This document shows, in pieces, positions 45,161-58,900 of a DNA stretch of 64,000 nt (the stretch's first letter is position 1; each line of letters starts with the position of its first letter). Origin of the DNA: Macrostomum lignano (lineage: Eukaryota); the NCBI GenBank assembly GCA_002269645.1, contig NIVC01003682.1, positions 19,138 to 83,137 of the forward strand, in the 5' to 3' direction. Position numbers and translations under genes: made by a program. The notes under the pieces are model-generated. The model had not been told where the DNA came from, did no database searches, and saw only the letters and a list, made by a program, of their open reading frames with translations.

Positions 45161-46905
45161 ACACTACTCCCAATAATTCAAGTGTTTCGCTCTGCTTTAT
45201 CCGTTATTCTATTTCGCTATTCTTCTGTTTTGAGTTACACTAGCTTGTCACATTGCTCCCTTGCTAAATGAGTCAGTCACTCGAGTAAGTCGGTCACTCT
45301 ACTCTCCCTTTTCTCTCGGCACACAGCCACCCAATATGTCTTTCTTACAATTTTTGACTCCCCGAATTTTTCTCTGCCAAATGCCGAAGAGATTGTACTT
45401 TTACACTGGCATCGCTTTGAATTTCTCTGCTCGTGCACAGCCCAGAAGAAATTAATCACAATTAGCTGGGAGACTGGGCGGGCTAGAAGGAATGAGTAAT
45501 TACTGCCCCAAGCCACCCCCCCCCCCTATTTCCAGATAAGCGGAATTACGATTAGCCAAAAAAGAGAAGATCGCTGGTGGGCAGACTTGAAATAGATGCA
45601 ACTTTTAATTTATTTAGAATTATTATTTTAATAAGATTAGCAGTAGTATGTTGCAGAAAGTTTGATAATTAATTATTAATAATATAATAGGAACAGTGCT
45701 AACAGGGTGCTTGGAGAGGAGAGAGAGGTGAGGAAGAGAGAGATGGACAGAGAGAGAGGTGGACATATTCAGACAGACGATTCAATTCGAAAAAAACAAA
45801 AATATGGTCTAGAAAGCGATTTCGAGTTCTGCCTCTCCATTTCCCTATCAGCTTGGACAGTCGCTCTACTATTGTCAGCAGGCAGAGGGTTATTATTAGT
45901 AAATCGAAACTGATTAAAATCAATGACGTAATAAATGACAAGAACTGCAAGAAGTACTGCATTTGCATTGCAGGATTGGGGGATGGGTTAGGAAAGCATT
46001 AGTGAATGAAGTAGTATAATTAAATAATCAATATATTAGGCTAGAGCGGAAGCAGCAAGCAGTAAAGCAGGTAAATGTCCCGGCGGAAGCATTGGGAGGC
46101 GGGTCGGAGGCAGTTCCTCTGTAAAATAGCTACTCAAAATCCACAGATACTAAAATAACTAGATGGGCCACTCAGGCATATATACTTAACTTAGTAAAAC
46201 AGCTTTCTACTTTCAGTTCAGTAGCAAAGAAGGATACATAAGCTATTTCATAAAAATAAAGGCGGCTGAAACGACTGATAAGTTTAGAAGCCCAAGCTTG
46301 CAGGCGTAAACAGCTTGCTAATTGGTTCAGCAATAATGTACATTGGCCAGTCCACGGAAATGTACATGGCAGCTTTAGGCTGGAATTCCGAGAAAGGCAA
46401 TAAAATTGGGGCGGGGTGGGGGTAGTGTGGAAAGGCGCAGTTGGAGGGTTTAAGCTGGGGTAAAAGCCAATAAATGAGCCTTGACTTTAAAAATACATTA
46501 AAATGCTGCTGTTTAACTTACTACTGAACAGAAAGTAGCTTATACGCAAATGTGCTGAGTGGCCCATCTAGTTATTTTAGTATCTGTGTCAAAATCCAGC
46601 AACAAAAGCAGCAATTCAAAACTGTTTGCTTCCAGACTTGGAAGCCAGAGAGAAAAAAGACGACGAAGAATTGCTAGAAACAAGGAGGCTGAGAAACAGG
46701 CCGCTAGGCTAGACAGAAATGGTTTGGTAAAATTTTTTCATTAGTCTAACGGGGTAGCGGGTCTCAGAGAAGATCCACTCGCTTCCAACTCGCTGTAGCT
46801 AAAGCAGATGCGAGCGGCAGACTGGCGACTTGCTGGTGAGTCACTCCTTCTCTCTTCCTCTCCTCTCTTTCACTTTTGGGATGCTTTTGTGGTTCTTCTC
46901 AAGCG

Positions 46906-49900
46906 TCAGCACGGCAGAATCTGGAGTGAGGGAAAGCAGTGTGGCTGTCAGAGAGGTTCCAGTACCGGGTCTAGAGGTTCCAATACCGGGTCTAGAGGTT
47001 CCAGCACCGGATCTAGAGGTTCCATTTCCGGGTCTAGAGGTTCCATTTCCGGGTCTAGAGGTTCCATTTCTGGGTCTAGAGGTTCCAGCACCGGATCTAG
47101 AGGTTCCAGCACAGGGTCTAGAGGTTCCAGCACCGGATCTAGAGGTTCCAGCACAGGGTCTAGAGGTTCCAGCACCGGATCTAGAGGAACTAAACTGGGT
47201 CAAATTATATTCCCACCCTATGCAGCGGAAACAAACGGGATTAAAGTGGCAAACTTTTTACCTGCAACGAGAAGCAGGCGGTCTCTTTGGCACCGTCCGG
47301 GCCAGTCAGGTCGATCCTGTAGAGCCCGGAGTCGGTCGCGGCGGCCGCGGCGATGTTCAAGGAGTGGTCGCAGTCTGCTGACACCAGCCTCAAGCGGTCG
47401 CCATCGTTTGATAGCTGGCCAGTTGCAGTTCCGTTCTCCTTTGTCCAAGTGGCTGCAGTTGATAGGGCAATTTTTTAAATAGAGCTGTGTCCACAGTGTG
47501 ATAGTTGAAATAGAGCTGTGTCCACAGTGTGATAATTGAAATAGAGCTGTGTCCACAGTGTGATAATTGAAATAGAACTGTGTCCACAGTGTGATAGTTG
47601 AAATAGAGCTGTGTCCACAGTGTGATAATTGAAATAGAGCTGTGTCCACAGTGTGATAGTTGAAATAGAGCTGTGTCCACAGTGTGATAGTTGAAATAGA
47701 GCTGTGTCCACAGTGTGATAATTGAAATAGAGCTGTGTCCACAGTGTGATAGTTGAAATAGAGCTGTGTCCACAGTGTGATAATTGAAATAGAGCTGTGT
47801 CCACAGTGTGATAGTTGAAATAGAGCTGTGTCCACAGTGTGATAATTGAAATAGAGCTGTGTCCACAGTGTGATAATTGAAATAGAGCTGTGTCCACAGT
47901 GTGATAGTTGAAATAGAGCTGTGTCCACAGTGTGATAATTGAAATAGAGCTGTGTCCACAGTGTGATAGTTGAAATAGAGCTGTGTCCACAGTGGGATAA
48001 TTGAAATAGAGCTGTGTCCACAGTGTGATAATTGAAATAGAGCTGTGTCCACAGTGTGATAGTTGAAATAGAGCTGTGTCCACAGTGTGATAATTGAAAT
48101 AGAGCTGTGTCCACAGTGTGATAGTTGAAATAGAGCTGTGTCCACAGTGTGATAATTGAAATAGAGCTGTGTCCACAGTGTGATAATTGAAATAGAGCTG
48201 TGTCCACAGTGTGATAGTTGAAATAGAGCTGTGTCCACAGTGTGATAGTTGAAATAGAGCTGTGTCCACAGTGTGATAGTTGAAATAGAGCTGTGTCCAC
48301 AGTGTGATAGTTGAAATAGAGCTGTGTCCACAGTGTGATAGTTGAAATAGAGCTGTGTCCACAGAGTGATATATGTAGCTAAAATAGAACTGTGTGTCCC
48401 CAGAGTGATAGCCAAAATAGAACTGTGTCTACGGATGGCTCGCTACTGAACAGTCAGTAGTAAAAACGCGTGTTGCAATATAAAATAATATTGAGTACCT
48501 GTCAGTCCAGGCAGCTTGGCTTTGCAGGCCACGGTGACCGCAGCGCCGGCCTGGACCGTCGCCGACTCCGGGAAAGTCTCCAGCAGCTCGGACGGAGCGT
48601 CCGGCTCGTCAGGCGGCGGGGCCACCCGAACGGAGCACTGGGCCACGGCGGCGACGGCTGAGTCAGCGGCGAGCAGTTCGGCTCGGTACTGGCCGGAGTC
48701 GTCGGGGAAAAGCGCCTCCACAGACTTCAGTGAGAATGCGCCTGATGCCGGATCCGAGGCCTGTTGGCATTGGGTTGCGGTTGTACTGCCTGTCTGAACG
48801 CTTTTGTTGGAATGAAGAGTCATTGTTGGTGTCAGATAGGGGAGTCATAGTGTCATATAGAAGTTTTACCTGATTCCATATGGCATATAGGAACCTTTAG
48901 TAGTCTTAGATTTGGTTCATTCTTTGTGTCAGATGGTCATTGTTGATGTTAAATAGGCAGATACTATTAGTGTCAGATGGGGTTATAGTTGATGTCAGAC
49001 AGGAGTCACTATTAGTGTCAGATGGGGTCATAGTTAGTGTCAGATAGGAGTCACTATTAGTGTCAGATGGGGTTATAGTTGATGTCAGACAGGAGTCACT
49101 ATTAGTGTCAGATGGGGTCATAGTTGGTGTCAGACAGAAGTCACTATTAGTGTCAGATGGGGGTCACTGTTAGTGTCCGCTTGGGGTAATAATTGGTGTC
49201 AGATAGGAGTCAGTTTTAGTGTCAGATTGGGGTCATAGTTCGTGTCAGATAGGAGTCAGTATTAGTGTCAGATAGGAGTCAGTATTAGTGTCAGATGGGG
49301 TCATAGTTAGTGTCAGATAGGAGTCACTATTAGTGTCAGATGGAGGTCATAGTTTATGTCAGATAGGAGTCACTATTAGTGTCAGATGAGGGTCATAGTT
49401 TGTGTCAGATAGGAGTTACTATTAGTGTCAGATGAGGGTCATAGTTTGTGTCAGATAGGAGTCACTATTAGTGTCAGATGGAGGTCATAGTTGGCGTCAG
49501 ATAGGAGTCACTTTTGTGTCAGATGGGGGTCATAGTTTGTGTCAGATAAAAGTCATTCAAGCAGCCAGTCTCACCTGCTCAAAATCGGCCGACACCGGTT
49601 TTCCGTTCGCCGTCCACCGCACGGCCGTCACCCCGCCGGACGCTTTAAGCGCCAGCTCGAAAGGCTCGCCGTCTTTGACCGACAGCGACCGCGGATGCGC
49701 GTCGATTTTCACCTGGGCCGCCTGCGCCTTCGGCGCTTCAACAGTCAGACGGCAGGAGGTCTTGGCGGAGGCGCCGCTTGCCGAGCAGGTGCAGGTGTAC
49801 AGGCCGGAGTCCTCCACCAGAGCGTCGGGCAGCAGGAGGCTTGACGAGGTGCCCGATGTGCGGATCTCGAGAGCGCTCTCCTCGGCCTGCGCCGGCTTGC

Positions 49901-52900
49901 CGTCCAGGTCCCAGGCGATGCCGATGTCATCGGCAGTGGCGTTGAAGGTGCAGCTCAGCTCGACCCGGTCGCCCTCCTTGGCCGTCAGGGCCGCTGGCAG
50001 CTTCTTTGTGACCTCAGGGGCCGCTTTGGGGGCCTCCGACGCTGATAACGTGGATGTCTCCGTCTGTTTCTGCCGGGAGCTCCGCTCCGACACGCGGCTC
50101 ACGGAGGTGGCGCTGGTCGATGAGCGCATCTCCGTGCGCGACGTTGAACTGGTCGATGTGGACTCGAAGTCCAGACTGTACTTCTCCTCGACGATGGTGG
50201 AGGAACCGCCACCTGCGCCGCTGCGCTGCGATCGCGAGTAGGTCTCGCTGAGCCGGTCGACGCTCATCGACTCTTTGAAGCGGACGCCGCTGCCGCCTGA
50301 GCCAACCGACTTGACGCGACTCTCGCAGACGTCCAGCTTGCACTGGGTCTCGTCCTCGCCTTTGGCGTTCTTCACCCGGACCGAATAGCGGCCGGAGTCC
50401 TGCGTGCTAGCGGAGAAAATCTCCAGGCTGGCCACGCCGCTGACAACCTGCGGGAGAGGGCGGAGTTCAGCTCAGGGTTCAGCTCGGGGTTCAGCTCGGG
50501 GTTCAGCTCGGGGTTCAGCTCGGGGTTCAGCTCGGGGTTCAGCTCGGGGTTCAGCTCGGGGTTCAGCTCGGGGTTCAGCTCGGGGTTCAGCTCAGGGTTC
50601 AGCTCGGGGTTCAGCTCGGGGTTCAGCTCAGGGTTCAGCTCGGGGTTCAGCTCGGGGTTCAGCTCGGGGTTCAGCTCGGGGTTCAGCTCAGGGTTCAGCT
50701 CGGGGTTCAGCTCAGGGTTCAGCTCAGGGTTCAGCTCAGGGTTCAGCTCAGGGTTCAGCTCGGGGTTCAGCTCGGGGTTCAGCTCAGGGTTCAGCTCGGG
50801 GTTCAGCTCAGGGTTCAGCTCGGGGTTCAGCTCGGGGTTCAGCTCAGGGTTCAGCTCGGGGTTCAGCTTAAAGTTTAGCTCAGGGTTCAGCTCAGGGTTC
50901 AGCTCAGGGTTTAGCTCGGGGTTCAGCTCGGGGTTCAGCTCGGGGTTCAGCTCGGGGTTCAGCTTAAAGTTTAGCTCAGGATTCAGCTCAGGATTCAGCT
51001 CAGGGTTCAGCTCAGGGTTCAGCTCAGAGTTAAACTCGGGACCATAGACTGGGATTAACAATGGGATCACAGGCTGGGATAAAGGACTTTGTATAGAGCT
51101 AGCAGCTGAAAGTACCAGAACAGCAACACGCAGCTACTAAAGTCCCAACAGTTGATAGACTGTATTCTCTCTCCTGCAGACGCACCTGCAGGTTGTAATC
51201 CTTGCCCCGCGGCTGCAGCTCGCGACCGTCCTTTGTCCAGAACACCTCCGGCGGCGGCAGGCCGTCAAAGGTGCAGCTGAGCTTGACAAAGCCGCCCTCC
51301 TGAATGAAGCGATTCCGCAGCGGGAAGGTGACCTTGGCCGGCCTGTCCGGCTCCTTCCACAGCTCGGGCAGCGGCGACGGCGACTTCCGGGGTCTTGGCG
51401 TCCTCTCGGCCGGCTCCAGGTTGTCCTTGGGGGCCATCGGCTCCACGTGCAACTTGATGGTGGCCTCCTTGCGGCCGAAGGAGTTCTCCGCTTTCACCTG
51501 GCGTGGGATTGCGAGGCTATCTTTGTCCAGAGTTGGCTATCAATGATTTCCTAAATGTCCAGAGTGGGCTATCAATGATTTTCTAAATGTCCAGAGTTGG
51601 CTATCCATAATTTCCTAAATGTCCAGAGTTGGCTATCTATAATTTCCTAAATGTCCAGAGTGGGCTATCTATGATTTCCTAAATGTCCAGAGTGGGCTAT
51701 CTATGATTTCCTAAATGTCCAGAGTGGGCTATCTATGATTTCCTAAATCTTCAGAGTGGGCTATCAATGATTTCCTAAATGTCCAGAGTTGGCTATCTAT
51801 GATTTCCTAAATGCCCAGAGTTGGCTATCTATGATTTCCTAAATGTCCAGAGTGGGCTTTCAATGATTTCCTAAATCTTCAGAGTGGGCTATCAATGATT
51901 TCTTAAATCTTCAGAGTGGGCTATCTATAATTTCCTAAATGTCCAGAGTTCGATGCCGAAAAATGTCAAACTCACCAGTCTAAAATGTGACATAAAAATG
52001 AACAACGTTGAGAGTTCATCAGTAACTTACTTTGATACCTAAAAACCCTAAAATGAATTACCGCCATCAAAACAATGCCATCAAGTCACCTGGTAGTCCC
52101 CTCCGTCCTCCGGCTTGACACGGTTGATCTTTAGCGAGAAGTCGTGTCCGGCGTAGCGCTGCATGTACTTCACCGACTGCATCAGTGCCTCGTCGTTCCT
52201 AGCCCAGGTGACAATGGGTGGCGAGATTGACAGCACCTTGCACTCGAATACGGCGTTCTGGCCCTCCAGGCAGTAGGCGTTCTTTGAGCGCAGCACGAAA
52301 CGGGGCACGGCCTCGCGACGGTCTGGGGATTTTGATGGCATTTATCAGTTTGGATGGCTGCGTCATATACATGTAGAGACTAGTGGCTTCCCTAACAGTC
52401 ATATAGAGACTAGTGGCTTCCCTAACAGTCATATAGAGACTAGTGGCTTCCCTAACAGTCATATAGAGACTAGTGGCTTCCCTAACAGTCATATAGAGAC
52501 TAGTGGCTTCCCTAACAGTCATATAGAGACTAGTGGCTTCCCTAACAGTCATATAGAGACTAGTGGCTTCCCTAACAGTCATATAGAGACTAGTGGCTTC
52601 CCTAACAGTCATATAGAGACTAGTGGCTTCCCTAACAGTCATATAGAGACTAGTGGCTTCCCTAACAGTCATATAGAGACTAGTGGCTTCCCTAACAGTC
52701 ATATACAGACTAGTGGCTTCCCATACGGTCACAGAGAGTGGCTTCCCACTGGTCATAGAGATTCGCTTCCCACTGGTCATAGAGATTTGCTTCCCACTGG
52801 TCATAGAGATTTGCTTCCCACTGGTCATAGAGATTCGCTTCCCACTGGTCATAGAGATTCGCTTCCCACTGGTCATAGAGATTCGCTTCCCACTGGTCAT

Positions 52901-55900
52901 AGAGATTCGCTTCCCACTGGTCATAGAGATTCGCTTCCCACTGGTCATAGAGATGATTAGCTTCTCCTACTGTCATAAAAAGTGGTTTTGCCCTGGTACT
53001 CACCAAAGCTGGTCTCGTGCATCTGGAACTCTTTCATTCTCAGCTTTCGCAACGAGCTAAAGTCGGCCAGTCGAGCAATGCCCAGATTGCCGCCAAACCA
53101 ATTAGGCTGCAAAAAAAGTTGAAATTCAGCGATATTCTACTTATTTTGAGTAGAAGATACTGAGATTGGCGAGTATTTTTTGAGATTATGTTCTTAATCT
53201 ACATCTCCTAATCGGTTAATTCTAAGTGCTTACATGCAGATCTTGCATCTTCTGCCGTAGTTTATCGTAGCGGCTGGCGGGAATCCTCTTGTCCAGACCT
53301 TCGGCGGCCCGCTGCAGCCACGGATGGTCCAGGGCCTCGTGCACAGTCAGACGTTTTTCTGGCCGTCTGACTAGCAGGCTCTTGATGAAGTCCCGCGCCT
53401 CGTCTGACACGCTGGCGAAAGCGTCCCGATCGAAGTCCCAGTCGCACTTTTTCACGTTGCCAAGAGTCTCGTAGTCGTCATTGCCAGCGAATGGCGACAA
53501 ACCGCTTAGCCTGGAATGGAGAGGACAGCAGTGTGTCTATTGGAGTTTGTCTATTGGAGTTTGTCTATTGGAGTGTGTCTATTGGAGTGTGTCTATTGGA
53601 GTGTGTCTATTGGAGTTTGTCTATTGGAGTGTGTCTATTGGAGTGTGTCTATTGGAGTGTGTCTATTGGAGTGTGTCTATTGGAGTGTGTCTATTGGAGT
53701 GTGTCTATTGGAGTTTGTCTATTGGAGTGTGTCTATTGGAGTGTGTCTATTGGAGTGTGTCTATTGGAGCAGTGCCTATTGGAACAGTGCCTATTGGAGC
53801 AGTGCCTATTGGAACAGTGCCTATTGGAGCAGTGCCTATTGGAACAATGCCTATTGGAACAGTGCCTATTGGAACAGTGCCTATTGGAACAATGCTCCCG
53901 GTCCGGCCGCACACTCACAGCACGTAGGCCAGCACTCCAACCGCCCACATGTCCGTGTAGAACCCGACGCCGTCATTGTCGGCGATCTCTGGCGCGGCGA
54001 ACTCGGCAGTCGCGGTGGTCACCTTCACCGTCTCGTTGGGATTCAGGCGGGTGGCCAAGCCGAAGTCGATGACCTTGATGCTGGTGGACTTCGACGTCTC
54101 GCATATGAGATTCTCCGGCTTAATGTCCAGGTGCACAATGCCCTGCTCGTGCATGTGCTTGAGCCCGTCGCACACCTGGCGCATGTACTTGATCACCTCC
54201 GCCTCGGACATTTTGTACGAGTCGTCGGCGATGCGATCGAACAGCTCGCCACCAGAAAGAAACTCCATGATGAGCACCATCTCGTTCACGTCGTCGTAGA
54301 CGTCATGCAGGTTAATGAGTTTGGGATGGTGCAGCGCGTTCATGATGCTCACCTCGTTGCGCACCGTCTGCTTGTCCAGCGAGTAAGGCGTGTCGATGAA
54401 CTTCGCCACGAATATCTGGCCGGTGGCCTTCTCCTTGCAGCGGTGCACCACACCGAAGGCGCCGCTGCCAAGCTCCTCTAGGATCTCGTAGTCGTCGTAC
54501 ACCGAGCCGGTCTTGATGCTGACGGGGTAGGGCCGGTGCCTGTCCCACAGGTTGCTGTAGCAGGAGTCGTAGTTGCTGGGCTTCGGCCCGTCGTGGCCGC
54601 GTTTGCCGCCGAGCTCCGAGCGGACGTCGCCGGCCCGGCGGGCCTGGACTCGCGGCTCGGCCAGGCGGTAGGGCCCGACGGACGGCGACGGGTCACTGCG
54701 GCCGTAGAGATTCTCGGCGATCACGCGGAACTCGTAGTCTTTGTCGCGCAGCAGACTGTCCACCGACGCCTGGGCGAAGCGGGACTGGGCGCAGCGGACC
54801 CAACTGCCCGATGGGAGCTCCCGCTTTTCGATGTCGTAACCGCTGATGTACACTCCGCTCTGCTCTGGGTCCAGCGCCGGCTGCCAGGACAGCACAATGT
54901 TGGTGTCGGTGACAGCCTCCGTGCGGAGGCTCTTGGCGGATCGGGCCGGTCGTTGACGGTTACCTCGATGCTGGCCGAGGCGGTGCCGATGTCGTTCTCC
55001 AATGTCAGACTGTAGACGCCCGAGTCCTCGCGGCTGAGGTCGTTCACGGTGAGGATGCAGTGGCGCTCCTTCTGTTCGATTTCGAACTTTCTACCCGGCT
55101 TCAGCTCGACTCCGTTGAGCTTCCAGACGGCGCTCGGTTTCGGATATGCGGTGAACGGCAGCTTGATGGTGAGGTTGTCGCCCTTGTCCATGACCGTCGG
55201 CGCGTCAAATCTCGCCGGCTTGCGGATCTTCGGCTCCGACCGGATGGTCAGGTCGGCGGCCGCGCTGGCGCGCGACCGGCGCGGTTGCTGACGCGGACGC
55301 TGTACTCGTCGGCGTCGTCGATGGAGCAGTTGTTCACCACCAGGTAGTAGCGGTCGCCCTCCTTTCCGATGTCGTACTTGCCGGAGGGCGCGAGCTCGCG
55401 GACGCCCTTGGACCAGACTACGTCGAACGGCGGGCTGCCGTTCAGCTGCACCTCGAACTCCGCCCGCTTGCCCTCGTTGACCTGCTGGCGCTTTAGCTGG
55501 GTGGTGAACTGCGGCAGGGACTGCGCCTTCGGGTCCTTCACTGTCACCTTGCGAGACGCGCCAGACGGCTGGCTCAGCCCGGCTTCGTTCTCAGCGAACA
55601 CGCGGAACTCGTAGTCTTTGTCCTCGATGAGGTTGGGGATGTTGCAGGTCGTGTTGTGAATCGGCACGAAGTTCACCCGCGTCCAGGCGGCGTCGCTGGC
55701 TCCGGCCTCGCGCTTCTCCACGTAGTAGCCGGTGATCTTGCCGCCGCCGTCCGACACCGGGCGACTCCAGCTCAGCGACACGAAGTCGGCGCCGACCTCC
55801 TCGGCCTCCGGCTCGCCGGGTGCCTGCGGCTTGTCTGCCGAATGCGAAATTTTGGCAGTTTAGGGCACAATGTCCAGATTAAATTAGGGCCTGTTTTTTC

Positions 55901-58900
55901 ACCTTCTGTTTCAAAATGTATCCTACCCTGAACTGGAGGGTGAAACTAGGGTGAACTGGAGCTAAGTTTAATGTTTTCGCTTGCTCACGGCTGACTGCTG
56001 CATGTCTGCTGACGGAATTATTGAGATACTCGTCGGCAATAACCGCAACAACCCCGGCTTAACCTGTGCAGTGTTAGCGGCAAATACGTAGAGCTAGAGA
56101 ACCCTCTCCAAGCCCCGAAAAATCCCCAACACACTACTCACAGTAACCAGGTCCCAGTAGAAATTCTAACCCTCTGGACACGATATCTTACATTCTGTGC
56201 TGGATTTGCAATACAATGGTCTGAAAATCATAATGAAATTTTCGGCAACCAACCAAACGGCATTTTGGCCACAATGGGCCCCGTTGTCTCTAGCGGCTCG
56301 CTGCTTCCGTTCTCATTGACGGCAAATACGCGGAAACTGTACTCAGAGTTCTCCACCAGGCCCTGGACGTCGACGCTTGTATCCTAGGTAGGCGTGTTAA
56401 GTTGCTGTGAATAAATCTTCACAATTGACTGGTAGCTGTATTTACTTTGATCTTTAAAAGTCTGCCTGTTTGCAGTGGCTTCTAGCCTAACTAGCTGGTT
56501 AAAGGAAAAGTTAAACGGTCGGTGGGCAGGTGTGCAAACGAAAAACTTTCAGTTGACGCAAAACCAATAGTTGGTGGAGAGATTCAAACTCGTTAAATAT
56601 ATATATATATATAGTTTTATATTATACTACAGGCAATGTCAGACAAAGACACTAAGATACTACTTGTCATATCTGGCTTGTCTGTCATAGTCTGACACTG
56701 ACAATGCATTCTAATAGGCAGCAACATGCCTTGCTGGCTACAGCTATATCGGTTGTAGCTCTGCTAATCCGAGTTGCACAAACTGCGCCTGTGACTGACA
56801 CAACGTGGTCTACTGACACTGCTAGTTACGCTAGCTCTACGGCTGCTCCCACGTCAGGGAACAATGTCACCATGGCAACGGTTGTGACTACGTCGATAGG
56901 GACTACTGTTTCCTTCTCTGACAGTACTACTACATCTGATGTGCTGGGAACACCTCCAGACCCGACAACATTTCCAACACCTCCAGACCCGACAACATTC
57001 CCAACACCCGCTGACACGACAACATTCCCAACACCTCCAGACCCGACAACATTCCCAACACCCGCTGACACGACAACATACCCGACACCTCCAGACCCGA
57101 CAACATTCCCAACACCCGCTGACACGACAACATTCCCAACACCTTCAGACCCGACAACATTTCCAACACCTCCAGACCCGACAACATTCCCAACACCCGC
57201 TGACACGACAACATTCCCAACACCTCCAGACCCGACAACATACCCAACACCTCCAGACCCGACAACATTCCCAACACCTCCAGACCCGACAACATACCCA
57301 ACACCCCCTGACACGACAACATTCCCAACACCTCCAGACCCGACAACATTCCCAACACCTCCAGACCCGACAACATACCCAACACCTCCAGACCCGACAA
57401 CATTCCCAACACCTCCAGACCCGACAACATTCCCAACGCCTTCAGAACCGACAACATACCCAACACCTCCAGACCCGACAACATACCCAACACCTCCAGA
57501 CCCGACAACATACCCAACACCCCCTGACACGACAACATTCCCAACACCTCCAGACCCGACAACATTTCCAACACCTCCAGACCCGACAACATTCCCAACA
57601 CCCGCTGACACGACAACATTCCCAACACCTCCAGACCCGACAACATTCCCAACACCCGCTGACACGACAACATTCGTAACGCCGGCTGCAGAGAATATTT
57701 CAACAACTCTAAGCGCTGGAGAAATGGAGCAGAAACGAGTGGAAGTTGTGATCAGAAACTACCAAACCGCTTCAACTAACGTGGGAGCGTACTTGGTACC
57801 GGTGCTCCTTGCAGGCGGGTTCATATTTATCATAGTCTCGTTAATTAGAACCGCAATTAACGCTGGGTTGTAAAGAACTACGGATGGAGGCGTTATCTTG
57901 ACGCTCGTTGACATTTTTTCAATAAGCTACTGTAAACTGTAGATAAATTACTCCATATTCCAATACTGAACGAGAGTTTAACCTGATTTTATAGAAAATG
58001 TATCCATGATTAATACGTTATTGAAAGCAGCAAACTGCAGCAAAGCAAAGCAAAAATAAACCGATTTATTTCCTTCTCGCCTCACCTTACAAAACGACGC
58101 AACAGTCAGCCAGTTCTCCTTGTCCTTTTCTTTGCGCTCAACAACGTAGTGCGTCACCTTGGAGCCGCCGTCATCGCGCGGCGGCTTCCAGCTGAGCTTG
58201 CACGCATTCTTTGTGACGTCGGAGGCCTGCAGAGGCCCGCCAGCTGCGCTCGGTTTTGCTTTCACCTTTAGGCTAAACGGCGCAGCCGTAGAGCCGCTCT
58301 CGTTAGCCAGCTCCAACTTGTAGTCGCCGGCATCCTCCCGCTGCAGGTCCTTGATCTGCACCACAACGTAGTCGTCGAACTCTTGCAGCTTAACGTTGGG
58401 CGACTCACTTAGGTCTTTGCTGCCCTTCTTCAGGCCCAACTTCAGCGGTCCATTGCCGGAGAAAAACACTTTGAACTTAACACCGTCTCCGACGTCTCCG
58501 GACTGGTCTGGCACGGCCCGCTCCAGCTTCGGTGGCCGCTGAACGTTCAGACGAGCACTGGTGCATTCCCGACCCGCCTTGTTAGCCAACTCACAGGTGA
58601 TCTCTCCGGCGTCACTCTCCGAGAGGTCGTTCAGGGTTAGCGTTGCCACTTCACCATCGCTGCTGATCTGCGCCCGAGCGGAAGGCCGCAGCTCGATGCC
58701 GTTCTTGAACCAGCGCACCTCCGGCGGCGGCTTTCCATCGATTCGGCAAGTGAAGGTTGCCGACCCACCGACTGCCCCGGTGGCCGCCTGCAGCCGGCTG
58801 AGGAACTCGGGCGACGCACCCGCCTTCCGGTCTTCGATCTTCGTCGGCAGCGACGGAGGAGACGGGTCGCCTTCGCCAGACGCGTTCAGAGCAGTCACTC

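Noticed and set aside
47478-48365. RAG/Transib heptamer CACAGTG in every 31-bp unit
   Set aside because: No nonamer at 12/23 spacing and no element ends; a 7-mer in one amplified unit is plausibly chance.
47218-48415. Long repetitive ORFs over minisatellites (also 22061-22746, 42257-42889, 50372-51070, 52199-53060, 53481-54072)
   Set aside because: They are stop-free by-products of tandem repeats lying within introns defined by splice-phase analysis, and have no credible protein ends.
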